A DNA stretch of 64,000 nt, from contig DATGTE010000010.1 of assembly GCA_035301985.1 (NCBI GenBank), positions 10,241-74,240 on the forward strand. The letters are read 5' to 3'. The position numbers and the translations under genes are program-made. Positions 42,895 to 52,545 of this stretch are shown in pieces. The notes beneath the pieces were generated by a model. It did no database searches. It was not told where the DNA came from and was given only the letters and a program-made list of their open reading frames with translations. Origin of the DNA: Bacillota bacterium. Its GTDB lineage: Bacteria; Bacillota; Bacilli; Bacillales; Amphibacillaceae. Each line of letters begins with the position of its first letter. Within the stretch, counting starts at the first letter, position 1.

Positions 42895-44178
42895 TTGCAA
42901 ATTCATGTTGTCAACGAAGGAGAAACGATTACAACCATTGCCAACACATTTGGGACAACTGTTGATGCGCTGATCCGTGCGAATGAATTGGATGCACCGA
43001 ATGAACTCGTTGTCGGCCAGGCGCTCGTCATTCCAATTGTTGGTCAATTTTATTTCGTTCAACCTGGTGATAGTTTATATACCATTGGCCAACGATTTGG
43101 CTTATCCGCTCAAGAACTAGCACAAATCAATAACATTTCCATCGATCAATCACTGTCGATTGGTCTTCGTTTATACATTCCGCAAAGAGAAAAAGAACCA
43201 ATCGTTTCCAATGCGTATATTGAACCTTTAGGAGAAAATGTTTCCCCAGCACTCATCAATGCTGCTACGAAACATTCTCCAGTTTTAACATATCTTTCAA
43301 TCATGAGTTATCGCGTCAATCGTGATGGGACACTGAACCGCCCGCCACTCGATCAATTACCAGACATCGCCCAAGCAGCAAATGCATCGCTCGCACTCGT
43401 CGTAACCAACCTTGAAGAAGGTCAATTTAGCGCTGAACTTGCTCACATCGTTTTAACCGTACAAAGTGCTCGCAATACGTTATTAGATCAAATTATTAAC
43501 ATCGCTTATGAAGTTGGCTATAAGGATGTCCATTTTGATTTCGAACTATTATACCCGACGGACCGAGAAGTGTATAATACTTTTTTAAGAATGGCAAAAG
43601 AGCGACTGTCACAAGCGGGATTGACAATGTCGACCGCTTTAGCCCCAAAAACGAGCCCAACGCAAACAGGGATTTTATATGAAGCGCATGATTATTCCAC
43701 GCACGGCGAACTCACCGATTTCGTCACCTTAATGACATATGAATGGGGGTTTGGTGGAGGTCCACCGATGGCTGTTTCACCGATTAATGAAGTTCGTAGA
43801 GTGGTCCAATATGCACTAACAGAGATGCCAGCTAATAAAATACTCTTAGGGCAAAACTTATACGGATATGATTGGACACTTCCTTTTGAACCTGGTGGGG
43901 AGTTTGCTCGTGCCGTGAGTCCACAACAAGCGATCGCACTTGCCCGAAAGTACCGTGTAGCGATCGAATATGACTCGACGGCTCAAGCACCCTTTTTTCG
44001 TTATACAGACGAAGCGGGGCGCCAGCATGAAGTATGGTTTGAAGATGCCCGTTCCATTCAAGCGAAATTTAATTTGATCAAAGAGTTCGATTTATGGGGG
44101 ATCAGCTACTGGAAATTAGGATTAGCATTCCCGCAAAATTGGTTACTTCTTACCGATCAATTTAACATCACGAAATGA
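42895..44178 (+). CDS. sleL: Spore cortex-lytic N-acetylglucosaminidase SleL/YaaH (2x LysM plus GH18)
   Basis: 427 aa with two LysM repeats and a GH18 domain (DVHFDFE, MTYEWG). Closely colinear with B. subtilis YaaH. TTG start with AAAGGAGGA SD. Confidence 0.93.
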   Translation: MQIHVVNEGETITTIANTFGTTVDALIRANELDAPNELVVGQALVIPIVGQFYFVQPGDSLYTIGQRFGLSAQELAQINNISIDQSLSIGLRLYIPQREKEPIVSNAYIEPLGENVSPALINAATKHSPVLTYLSIMSYRVNRDGTLNRPPLDQLPDIAQAANASLALVVTNLEEGQFSAELAHIVLTVQSARNTLLDQIINIAYEVGYKDVHFDFELLYPTDREVYNTFLRMAKERLSQAGLTMSTALAPKTSPTQTGILYEAHDYSTHGELTDFVTLMTYEWGFGGGPPMAVSPINEVRRVVQYALTEMPANKILLGQNLYGYDWTLPFEPGGEFARAVSPQQAIALARKYRVAIEYDSTAQAPFFRYTDEAGRQHEVWFEDARSIQAKFNLIKEFDLWGISYWKLGLAFPQNWLLLTDQFNITK

Positions 44179-44267
44179 TCGTAAATAAACAGAAAACACT
44201 TTTCCATACTGTAAGCTATTCTCGTGCTCTCCGCATGAGAGTAGCTTTTTTGTCGTGGAAGCAATCG

Positions 44268-44702
44268 CTAAATCCCCATCAATTCACGTAATTCATCATC
44301 ATTGACGATTAAATCTTCAATTGTATATTGATCCAGTACATGTAAAAAAGCTTCTAAGGCTTCATGGAGGATGTTTTTTAAACGACAAGCTGGTGAAATC
44401 ACACAATGATTTTTGTTTGGATCAAAGCATTCTAATAAATCAAAGTCATTTTCCAACTTGCGCACAAGTGCACCGACATTAATCTCATCCGGTCGCTTGG
44501 CTAAACGAATGCCACCATACCGTCCCCGAATCGTTTCTAACAGACCTAGTTTATTTAACTCAAAGACAATTTTCCCTAAATGATGTTGAGAGATTGAAAA
44601 AACCTCAGAAATCTCTTTAATACTCGCAAGCTCATCATCGGATTTCATTCCCGTGAAGATCAGCACACGTAATGCATAATCTGTATATTTTTTTAATTGC
44701 AT
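44268..44702 (-). CDS. nsrR: Rrf2-family NO-sensing repressor NsrR
   Basis: 144 aa from the ATG at 44702 (AAAGGAGA SD, 6-nt spacer). Starts MQLKKYTDYALRVL, with three Cys (C..7 residues..C..5 residues..C) for the Fe-S cluster. Divergent from hmp. Confidence 0.88.
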   Translation of the reverse strand: MQLKKYTDYALRVLIFTGMKSDDELASIKEISEVFSISQHHLGKIVFELNKLGLLETIRGRYGGIRLAKRPDEINVGALVRKLENDFDLLECFDPNKNHCVISPACRLKNILHEALEAFLHVLDQYTIEDLIVNDDELRELMGI

Positions 44703-44760
44703 GTTCATTCTCCTTTAAGAAAACGTCACAATTTTGTAATACCTTATACCTTTTTTTCTA

Positions 44761-44790
44761 TTGAAACTATGAATAAATTAGTTATACAAT
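44761..44790 (+). promoter_or_regulatory. hmp sigma-A promoter
   Basis: TTGAAA (44761-44766), 18 nt, TACAAT (44785-44790). Confidence 0.55.
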
Positions 44791-44791
44791 A

Positions 44792-44814
44792 AAGATGTAT
44801 TTAAAATACATGTT
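44792..44814. promoter_or_regulatory. NsrR operator (palindrome)
   Basis: AAGATGTATTTAAAATACATGTT. Core ATGTATTT-A-AAATACAT (44795-44811) is a perfect 8-1-8 inverted repeat, extending to 11-1-11 with one mismatch. Starts 2 nt after the -10. Confidence 0.8.
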
Positions 44815-44856
44815 TAAAACCTAAATGATTACTTATTAAAAAAGGAGTCTTATTTT

Positions 44857-46089
44857 ATGCCTACACAAACGACACTTGATCAAGAAACGAGAGACATTGT
44901 TAAATCTACGGTTCCTGTTTTACAAAAGCACGGTGCAGAAATTACAGCACGATTTTATGAGTTAATGTTTGCGAACCATCCCGAATTAAAAAACATCTTC
45001 AATCAAACGAACCAACGTAAAGGGGACCAAGCACATGCTCTTGCCAATACGGTATATGCCGCTGCAGCACATATTGATCACTTAGAAGAAATATTACCAC
45101 ATGTAAAGCCAATTGCCCATAAACATCGAAGTTTAAACATTAAACCTGAACATTATCCGATTGTTGGAAAACACCTTTTATTAGCGATGAAAGAATTACT
45201 AGATGAAAAAGCGACACCGCAATTTATAGAAGCGTGGGAAAAAGCGTACCAAGAAATTGCTCAAGTCTTTATTAGTGTTGAGCAGGATATGTACGAAGAA
45301 GTAGAAAATAATACAGGGGGTTGGGTGGATTATCGTCCATTTAAAGTCGTTAAAAAAGAAGTAGAAAGCGATGTCATCACATCTTTTTATTTACAACCTG
45401 CAGACGGCAAGCCATTTCCTACTTATCAACCGGGGCAGTATATTACAATTAAAGCAGATATTGAGGGTGAACCATATACACATCTCAGACAATACACGTT
45501 ATCATGTGCACCTGGTAATCCTTATTATCGAATTAGCGTTAAACGTGAAGATGCCTGTGATGACAACCCGGCTGGAATCGTGTCAACATATCTTCATGAA
45601 CATGTAAACGAAGGAGATACGTTACCGATTAGTGCGCCTGCTGGCGACTTTGTACTTAATCAAAACGATGAAAAACCATTAGTTCTTCTAAGTGGTGGTG
45701 TCGGTATTACACCGATGATGAGTATGTTAGATACAGTGATTAAAGAACAGCCGAATCGTGAAGTACTCTTTATTCATGCTACAAAATCAGGTTCACATCA
45801 CGCTATGAAGGAGCATGTTACCCAAATTGAAAGTGCACATCCCCAAGTAACAAGCTATACCGTTTACAGTGAACCTCTAAAAGAAGACGATAGCGATTAT
45901 GACCGAGATGGACATATCGACTATGAATGGTTAACATCTGTTTTACCAACAAATCAAGCTGAGTTTTACTTCTGTGGTCCAGAAGGATTCATGCGCTCCA
46001 TGTATCAAATTCTCAAAAAGTTCCACGTAGCCGAAGAAAATATTCATTTTGAATTTTTTGGTCCCGCTCAAGTAATCGCAGCTTCATAA
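44857..46089 (+). CDS. hmp: Flavohaemoglobin / nitric oxide dioxygenase
   Basis: 410 aa with an N-terminal globin and a C-terminal FAD/NAD(P) ferredoxin-reductase domain (RQYTLS, GGVGITP). AAGGAG SD. Confidence 0.95.
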   Translation: MPTQTTLDQETRDIVKSTVPVLQKHGAEITARFYELMFANHPELKNIFNQTNQRKGDQAHALANTVYAAAAHIDHLEEILPHVKPIAHKHRSLNIKPEHYPIVGKHLLLAMKELLDEKATPQFIEAWEKAYQEIAQVFISVEQDMYEEVENNTGGWVDYRPFKVVKKEVESDVITSFYLQPADGKPFPTYQPGQYITIKADIEGEPYTHLRQYTLSCAPGNPYYRISVKREDACDDNPAGIVSTYLHEHVNEGDTLPISAPAGDFVLNQNDEKPLVLLSGGVGITPMMSMLDTVIKEQPNREVLFIHATKSGSHHAMKEHVTQIESAHPQVTSYTVYSEPLKEDDSDYDRDGHIDYEWLTSVLPTNQAEFYFCGPEGFMRSMYQILKKFHVAEENIHFEFFGPAQVIAAS

Positions 46090-46095
46090 ATTGCT

Positions 46096-46131
46096 AAAGC
46101 CGTTGATTCAATCGATGAGTCAACGGCTTTT
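46096..46131 (+). terminator. hmp terminator
   Basis: AAAGCCGTTGA..TCAACGGCTTT, an 11-bp stem followed by TTAAT. Confidence 0.7.
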
Positions 46132-46276
46132 AATATGTGATTCTTGAATATTTTTTCCCAAAAGATTCAAGAAATAAACATTTATGAATAGAACCTCTAG
46201 ATTGTGATATATTTTCAGTTATCCAATAGATCGTTCTCCCATCAAGGGAGGGGTATGACCGACGATTAGCTGGATA

Positions 46277-47971
46277 TTAAAGCTTATCGATTTCCCATGA
46301 TTTCAATTGGCGACGCATAATTTTACCGCTCCGAGTTTTCGGAATTTGCTCCTTCACTTCTAACATATGTGGCGCTGCATGGGCACTTAATTTTTTCTCA
46401 AGATAATTACGGATTTCTTTTAGCAATTCCTCAGACGTTTCGTAACCGTCATTCAATGTAATAAATGCCTTGATCTCTTCACCTTTGATCGGGTCTGGTA
46501 TAGCAATCACACCTGCTTCATGAACGGCCGGATGTTCGATTAGTTTACTTTCAATTTCAAAGGGACCAATCCGCTCATTCGGAGTTTTAAACACTTCATC
46601 AAGCCGACCTTGAAACCAAAAATAACCATCTTCATCCTTATACGCATGATCTCCAGTCAAAAACCAATCATTCATAAAATAACTTTCATACGTGTTGGGA
46701 TGATTCCAAATCGCCTTCATCATCGCTGGCCAACCTTTTTTAATAGCCAAATTTCCCATTTGATAAGGTGGAAGCTCATTGCCTTCATGGTCCATGATGA
46801 TCGCCTCAATTCCGGGAATGGGTTTGCCCATTGATCCCGGGCGCATTTCTAAAGCAGGGAAATTAGCAATCACTTGTGCGCCTGTTTCCGTCATCAGCCA
46901 CGTGTCATGAACCCGCACACGGAAATTTTTTAGCCCCCATGTAATGATCTCCGGACTTAACAACTCACCAACACTCAATATGTGCCGAATTGAAGATAGA
47001 TCGTAAGCATGAATAAGGTCACCCGTACTCACAAGCTTTCGTAATAAAATGGGCGATGTATACCATACCGTAATGTGATATTTCTCCAATATACCGAATA
47101 AAGATTCCGGAGTATATTCCCCGTCGTATACAACAGTAGTCACTCCTTTAAGCCACGGGGCAAGAATTCCATAACTCGTCCCTGCCATCCAACCGACATC
47201 TGCTGTGCACCAGTAGACGTCATCCTCTTGTAGATCAAGAACCCATTCGGCGGTTATATATTGTTGAACCATCATGCGATGGGCATGGTATACACCCTTC
47301 GGTTTTCCGGTCGAACCGGACGTATAGTGCATGAGCATGCCATCTTCTAAATCAACCCATTCCACAGCAAATGCCGTCGATGCTTCATTCATTTCTCGCT
47401 GATAGTTTATATATTTATGGGATGATGGTTCACTCTCATCACAATCAATGAGAATGATTGCCTCTAATTCGGGTAGTCGATCATGGGGCACGCGACGATA
47501 CAATTCTTTCGTCGTAATGAGCATACGTGCTTCACTATCATATAACCGATCATAAATAGCTTGTTCCATAAATGATTCAAACAGCGGACCTGCAATTGCA
47601 CCTGTTTTTAGTATTCCAAAAAACGTTATATAAAATTGTGGAGTTCTTGGAAGAAATAAAAATACACGATCGCCTTTATTTATTCCATATTTTTTTAAAA
47701 CATTCGCAAATTGATTGCTTCGTTGACGCATCTCGTCAAACGTAAAACACCTCTCTTCACCCGAAGCGTAATGAATGAGAGCGACTTGATCCCGTGTTTG
47801 TGGATCGTTCGCATGTCGGTCAATCGCCTCATGCGCTATATTTACTTGCTCCGTTTTAAACCAGCTAAAATGCTTATGTACGTCTTCCCATTTAAATACC
47901 TCACGCATGCGTTCATAATCTTGTAATTGATAGGTTCCAGGCTTGGCGGGAAGATGTGTCATATCCATCAT
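46277..47971 (-). CDS. acsA: Acetyl-CoA synthetase (AMP-forming)
   Basis: About 564 aa with the AMP-binding motif YTSGSTGKPKG and a C-terminal SGKIMRR acetylation-site lysine. Colinear with B. subtilis AcsA. Start is among clustered GTG/ATG codons at 47977-47962. Confidence 0.93.
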   Translation of the reverse strand: MMDMTHLPAKPGTYQLQDYERMREVFKWEDVHKHFSWFKTEQVNIAHEAIDRHANDPQTRDQVALIHYASGEERCFTFDEMRQRSNQFANVLKKYGINKGDRVFLFLPRTPQFYITFFGILKTGAIAGPLFESFMEQAIYDRLYDSEARMLITTKELYRRVPHDRLPELEAIILIDCDESEPSSHKYINYQREMNEASTAFAVEWVDLEDGMLMHYTSGSTGKPKGVYHAHRMMVQQYITAEWVLDLQEDDVYWCTADVGWMAGTSYGILAPWLKGVTTVVYDGEYTPESLFGILEKYHITVWYTSPILLRKLVSTGDLIHAYDLSSIRHILSVGELLSPEIITWGLKNFRVRVHDTWLMTETGAQVIANFPALEMRPGSMGKPIPGIEAIIMDHEGNELPPYQMGNLAIKKGWPAMMKAIWNHPNTYESYFMNDWFLTGDHAYKDEDGYFWFQGRLDEVFKTPNERIGPFEIESKLIEHPAVHEAGVIAIPDPIKGEEIKAFITLNDGYETSEELLKEIRNYLEKKLSAHAAPHMLEVKEQIPKTRSGKIMRRQLKSWEIDKL

Positions 47972-48124
47972 GTTCACCCCTCTTTAACATTTAAAAAAGA
48001 AAAAACGGACCACCAACCGCATATCGAACAATTATTCTCTATTTTAGAACATTTTATGACATTTGCAAAGCAATAAAACATGAATGATGTCTATTTCACT
48101 TTTAAAAGATGAGCTTTCGACATA

Positions 48125-48165
48125 AAACATGACTTCGGTATCAACAAACGACCGAGGCCATGTTT
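48125..48165 (-). terminator. cwlC terminator candidate
   Basis: AAACATGGCCTCGG..CCGAAGTCATGTTT (14 bp, 2 mismatches) followed by TATG. The T-tract is weak. Confidence 0.5.
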
Positions 48166-48218
48166 CATGCTTTTGTTAATCGAAATCACGGTGAAGAAAA
48201 TGTACATAAGCAAATATA

Positions 48219-49013
48219 TTACGCCTCATAAATATCAATAAATGCCTTGAAACCGGCTTTTTTTAAAGCATCTACTTGTTTTTGAGCATTCGTCCTATTT
48301 TTATATGAGCCCGTAATCACCCGGTAATACGTCGTCCCATCTCGTTTAAATATATCAATAAAACTAGTAAATCCTTTGTTTTTTAATTCATTGACCCGCT
48401 TCTCTGCATTTTTTCTCGACGTAAATGAACCGGTAACGACTCGATAATGCGTCGTTTTTCCAGACTTTTTTTGTAATCCAAAGGCTTTCGCCAATCCAAT
48501 CGCATGACCACGAGCAAGTTGTGTTAAAAAAGCATCATTTTTTAATCGACCTGCATCCTCTTGATGATCAATAAAGCCATTTTCTGTTAAAATAGCCGGC
48601 ATATTTGATTCACGAAGCATATGAAAGTTCGCTTCCTTCTTGCCACGGTCTCGAAATGCCGTTTCATTGATCACTTCATCGTGAACGACCCCTCGTAAAC
48701 GGTTTGTCTCCGGTTTTCCTGAATAACTGCCATTGTATATATATGATTCAAACCCTGTTCCGCCCCCGGCATTAATATGGACCGAGACGAGATAATGAGC
48801 CCCCCAACTGTTCGCCATATTCGTTCGTTCACTGAGTGAAACTGAGGTATCTGTTGTCCGAGAAAGCCGAAGTGAGTGCCCCTCATATTCATTGCTTAAA
48901 ATATCCCGCAACTTTAAAGAAATTTTTAATGTAAGATCTTTCTCTCGAAGTCCATTTCCTGTCGCCCCTGAATCTGCTCCCCCATGTCCCGGATCAATAA
49001 AAATCTTCGTCAT
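48219..49013 (-). CDS. cwlC: Sporulation-type N-acetylmuramoyl-L-alanine amidase (Amidase_3 plus 2 SPOR repeats), CwlC-like
   Basis: 264 aa from the ATG at 49013 (AGGAGGAG SD). Starts MTKIFIDPGHGG, with HINAGGGTGFE and two C-terminal YRV.TGSF..NA repeats. Confidence 0.9.
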   Translation of the reverse strand: MTKIFIDPGHGGADSGATGNGLREKDLTLKISLKLRDILSNEYEGHSLRLSRTTDTSVSLSERTNMANSWGAHYLVSVHINAGGGTGFESYIYNGSYSGKPETNRLRGVVHDEVINETAFRDRGKKEANFHMLRESNMPAILTENGFIDHQEDAGRLKNDAFLTQLARGHAIGLAKAFGLQKKSGKTTHYRVVTGSFTSRKNAEKRVNELKNKGFTSFIDIFKRDGTTYYRVITGSYKNRTNAQKQVDALKKAGFKAFIDIYEA

Positions 49014-49259
49014 TCCAATCACTCCTCCTATTTTATTCATCTGACAGTTTCGAATCTCCGCTAGAGAACACTAACGATTCGTCTTCTGTCATAACTACTA
49101 TCGAAACAGATGATGACGAGGTGGCATCTGAGTGTAAAAAATTAAGATAGATGTGTAAAGGAGAGGCGCTACAAGGCGTCATCAATCATATACATATTTA
49201 TGCACACCCTATGTTGTACAATGATGACAAATAAAATTAACAAAGGAGAGAGTAGAAAG

Positions 49260-49820
49260 TTGAAGAAAGTATTATTCTTATGTTTCGCCTTATTCATTTC
49301 AATTTCTTTAGTTGCATGTGGTGAAGCTGAAGTGAAAGAATTAGACAATATTGAGGAAGAAACGACAAATTCTAAAGATAATGAAGACCAAAATGAAAAC
49401 CAAAAAGACCAAGAAGTAGCCGACGACGAAAATAAAAAATATGAGGTTGGCGATACAGTCGAATTCGATGGTATGGAAATTACTCTAAATGAAGTCCGAA
49501 TTGAAGAAGGTGGACAATTTGATACACCAGAAAACGACCAGTTTATCGTAGCTAATTTAACCGTTGAAAATATGACGGATGAAGAACAATTGGTTTCATC
49601 AATCATGAATATTGAATTAAAAGACGATGAAGGGTATGCATACAACACAACATTTCTTACCGAAGGAACGAAAGGACAACTCGACGGTTCGATTGAATCG
49701 GGTGGAAAATTAACCGGGGAAATACCTTTTGATGTCGCAACATCGGAAACATACGAGTTACATTACTCCGATTTATTGAAATCAGGTAAAGCGATTTGGA
49801 TAATTTCTAATATCGAATAA
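49260..49820 (+). CDS. Lipoprotein with DUF4352-like beta-sandwich domain
   Basis: TTG at 49260 with AAAGGAGAG SD. Signal peptide ends in the lipobox LVAC. Acidic linker, then FIVANLTVEN..G..PFDV pattern. Confidence 0.8.
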   Translation: MKKVLFLCFALFISISLVACGEAEVKELDNIEEETTNSKDNEDQNENQKDQEVADDENKKYEVGDTVEFDGMEITLNEVRIEEGGQFDTPENDQFIVANLTVENMTDEEQLVSSIMNIELKDDEGYAYNTTFLTEGTKGQLDGSIESGGKLTGEIPFDVATSETYELHYSDLLKSGKAIWIISNIE

Positions 49821-49949
49821 ACTTTCCTCTTCGTCCGTACACGACATCGGGATTTTATGATAAAGCATGTAGTGGCTATTGGAAAGTGTTTGTTAATATC
49901 AACTTTCGAGTTAGCAAATATATAATTTAAATAAAAGGAAGGGATTCAT

Positions 49950-50303
49950 ATGAATCGTACAGCAGAATTTGTTTTAGGTTTGATCGGTGGATTATTCGGG
50001 TTTTTAGGAGCTATTTTAGCTTTATTAATCGGCGGTGTTGATTCAGCCTTTAATGAAAGCGGTACGAGTGATATCATCGGATTAGGTTGGGGAGCATTTT
50101 TATTTTCTACCCTCGCAATTATTGGATCTGTAGTTGTTCGCTCGAAACCTAAACTCGGTGGAGTATTTTTACTCATAGCAGCTATAGGCGGGTTGATTAG
50201 TATTTCAATGTTCTATTTAATTCCTGCGATCCTCTTAGCTATTGCAGGAATTATGGCTTTTGTTCGAAAAGATAAAACGAAAACAGATTCAATCGCTTCA
50301 TAG
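49950..50303 (+). CDS. Small 4-TM membrane protein (DUF4064-like)
   Basis: 117 aa with four glycine-rich hydrophobic helices. AAAGGAAGGGA SD. Terminator follows. Confidence 0.75.
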   Translation: MNRTAEFVLGLIGGLFGFLGAILALLIGGVDSAFNESGTSDIIGLGWGAFLFSTLAIIGSVVVRSKPKLGGVFLLIAAIGGLISISMFYLIPAILLAIAGIMAFVRKDKTKTDSIAS

Positions 50304-50350
50304 TCCTATGCAAAAAGAGGCTGAAACAAAACCTCAGTAAACAAGAAGCG

Positions 50351-50405
50351 GAGTGTGATCCCTACCATCATGAACAGTAGAGGAATCACACTCATTTTTA
50401 TTTTT
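50351..50405 (+). terminator. Terminator after the membrane-protein gene
   Basis: GAGTGTGAT..ATCACACTC hairpin followed by ATTTTTATTTTT. Confidence 0.8.
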
Positions 50406-50498
50406 AGTAAAAAAGACTTTGTCTAATTAAATGGTTACCCAGATTTTTAAAGTAATCTACCCCTTTTTCTAGGGAAAATAACCAAAGTGGGTTTACAA

Positions 50499-50975
50499 TT
50501 ATAAATTCACTTTATTTTTACTATCTAATATCGTTTCCTTTTTCTCTAAGAAAGGTGTGAAAATAACAAAAGTGGAAAATACCAACACTAGTAACCCGAA
50601 ACCAATCATAACAAGCTGTGGTGATACATTTGCTACTAACAATGATGAGATTGCTCCCCCGGTTGGCATAGCCATCGAATAAATAGTGTTCATTGTTCCT
50701 GAGATTCGTCCCAATAATTTATTTGGAGTTCTTGTTTGAATGGCTGTACTCCAATTAATAAAAAGTAAAGATGACGAGGCATTTAGGAGCATTCCAGCTA
50801 ATGTTACAACTAAATATATACTGGTTGAACCCATCAAAACTAAAGACAGAGCATAAATGAAAGCCGAAAATAGAATTAATTTCTCCGTTTTAAATTTTTT
50901 TGAGATCATGGGGGAAAAATACCCAATCAATAAAAGTGGAAAAAATTCAAATAAGGCAAAAGATATTCCTACCAT
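50499..50975 (-). pseudogene. 5'-truncated MFS transporter remnant (C-terminal TM8-TM12 equivalent)
   Basis: 158 aa with 5 TM helices and the TM8-9 loop motif SPMISKKFKTEKL. Only about 90 bp separate it from tRNA-Arg, so there is no room for the N-terminal half. SD is poor. Confidence 0.6.
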
Positions 50976-51068
50976 TTGTCCACTTAGCTTAAGAACTTCA
51001 ATTTTTGATACGTTGAGCTTATCCGGTAGGCTTAAACGCCTGTAAACTGCATCATATCAACCGTTTAA

Positions 51069-51140
51069 CGCCCTCGGCAAGATTCGAACTTGCGACCTAC
51101 AGCTTAGGAGGCTGTTGCTCTTCCCCTGAGCTACGAGGGC
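51069..51140 (-). tRNA. tRNA-Arg (anticodon CCT), no encoded CCA
   Basis: Cloverleaf read by hand: GCCCTCG/CGAGGGC acceptor, anticodon stem ACAGC/GCTGT, loop CTCCTAA, T-arm GCAAG-TTCGAAT-CTTGC. Confidence 0.9.
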
Positions 51141-51279
51141 TCATCATATGAACCCTTCTATTATACTATAAAACGCCTGATAATTAAAATGAATAAAAAG
51201 GGTTCGAATACAATGAATAATCAACCTGTAAAAACGATCATCCCTTCGTTCAAAAAGTGCAAGCGCCGTCAGTTCAAGA

Positions 51280-52089
51280 TTACTGTTTTCCTAATTCAAT
51301 CGAGCGGTCATGTGCTTTTTTCACACAGCTTTTTACAGCTTCCGAAAAATTGTACGAATTAAGTGCCTCAATCCCAGCTTCTGTCGTTCCAGCCGGACTC
51401 GTTATTTTCTCTCGTAAATCACTAGCTGCTTCTCCCGTATTTCGTAACATCTCTCCTGCACCAATAACGGTTTGAATGATTAATTCTTTAGCTACATCGC
51501 GGGATAAGCCTAATTCAGAAGCTGCTTCTTCCATCGCTTCGACTAAATAATAAAAATATGCTGGCCCACTTCCTGAAATACTCGTAATCGCATGCATATG
51601 CTCTTCCTGAACGACCGTTGTTGTACCGATTGTTTGAAATAAAGCTTCAGCAAATGCGATGTTTTTTTCTGTTGCATATTGCCCTGCGGTAATCGCTGTG
51701 GCTGAATGACCAATGGAAGCTGAAGTATTAGGCATTGCCCGAATCACCGGGATGTTTGTTGCAAATAAATCCTCAATATGACTCGTTTCCAAACCGGCGA
51801 TTACGGAGATGATCAATTGATTTGAATTGATATACGGTTGTACAGACTGAATCGCTTCTTTAACATCAACTGGTTTCGTAGCAAGTACTACAATATCAGC
51901 ATCACGGACGACTTCTTTATCTTTAAACGATTGAATTGCATATTTTTTTTGAAGTATTTCTAAGCGAGAACGATCATTTTTGTTCGTTACAAAAATATAT
52001 TCATTCGGAAAAAATTGTGCCTGAACTAGTCCGGCTATAATGGCCTCTGCCATTGAACCTGCACCGATAAAAACAACTTTTTGTTTCAT
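51280..52089 (-). CDS. proI: Pyrroline-5-carboxylate reductase (ProI/ProH/ProG-type paralogue)
   Basis: 269 aa from the ATG at 52089 (GAAGGAAG SD). Rossmann motif VVFIGAGSMAEAI and C-terminal SPAGTTEAG motif. Preceded by a proline T-box. Confidence 0.9.
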   Translation of the reverse strand: MKQKVVFIGAGSMAEAIIAGLVQAQFFPNEYIFVTNKNDRSRLEILQKKYAIQSFKDKEVVRDADIVVLATKPVDVKEAIQSVQPYINSNQLIISVIAGLETSHIEDLFATNIPVIRAMPNTSASIGHSATAITAGQYATEKNIAFAEALFQTIGTTTVVQEEHMHAITSISGSGPAYFYYLVEAMEEAASELGLSRDVAKELIIQTVIGAGEMLRNTGEAASDLREKITSPAGTTEAGIEALNSYNFSEAVKSCVKKAHDRSIELGKQ

Positions 52090-52245
52090 AACAAACCACT
52101 TCCTTCTACATGATGATATAAAAGTCCCAAAAATAACAGATTCCCTTATCAAATAGCTATGTCGTTGACCTTGACCGAGCAAACTGCTTCGGACCGTTAA
52201 TTCTTCTGACTACGACGAACTAAGAACAGATGACTTCCTATTACG

Positions 52246-52510
52246 AAAATAAAAAACACCCATCCTTAAAAGGACGAGTGAAATCTCGCGGTACCACCTA
52301 ATTTGGCGCATATGAAACGATGCCCAGCTTTTTTTGATAACGCTTAAACTGCGATCAGCTTTTACTGACGACTCCTAGGTAGGTTCATACACGTTGTTTT
52401 CGCTGGAGTCTTTCAGCCGATGAACTCCGTTCTCTTTTCGAACACCCATTGTACTACTATCCTAATCAACGTCTCTTTTCTTCTTTATTCATTTAAAAGT
52501 GAATGTATTG
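52246..52510 (-). promoter_or_regulatory. T-box leader, proline specifier (CCU)
   Basis: T-box AAATTAGGTGGTACCGCGAG (52304..52285). Terminator CACTCGTCC..GGATGGGTG plus TTTTTTATTTT (52280..52246). Stem I AGAGA. Specifier GAA-CCU-A at 52386..52380. Confidence 0.88.
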
Positions 52511-52516
52511 TTTAGT

Positions 52517-52545
52517 ACTATAGAACGTCTTGAGAAATTTGTCAA
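52517..52545 (-). promoter_or_regulatory. Sigma-A promoter of the proline T-box leader
   Basis: TTGACA (52545..52540), 17 nt, TATAGT (52522..52517). Confidence 0.7.

Noticed and set aside
49169-49648. 159-aa minus-strand ORF overlapping the DUF4352-like lipoprotein gene
   Set aside because: It is a serine- and phenylalanine-rich antisense shadow of an acidic coding region with no SD. The plus-strand gene has an SD, a lipobox and a recognisable domain pattern.
44200-51140. Prophage or integrative island at tRNA-Arg(CCU)
   Set aside because: There is no integrase, recombinase, phage or transposase gene. I could not find a direct repeat of the tRNA 3' end. The gene content is metabolic and envelope housekeeping.
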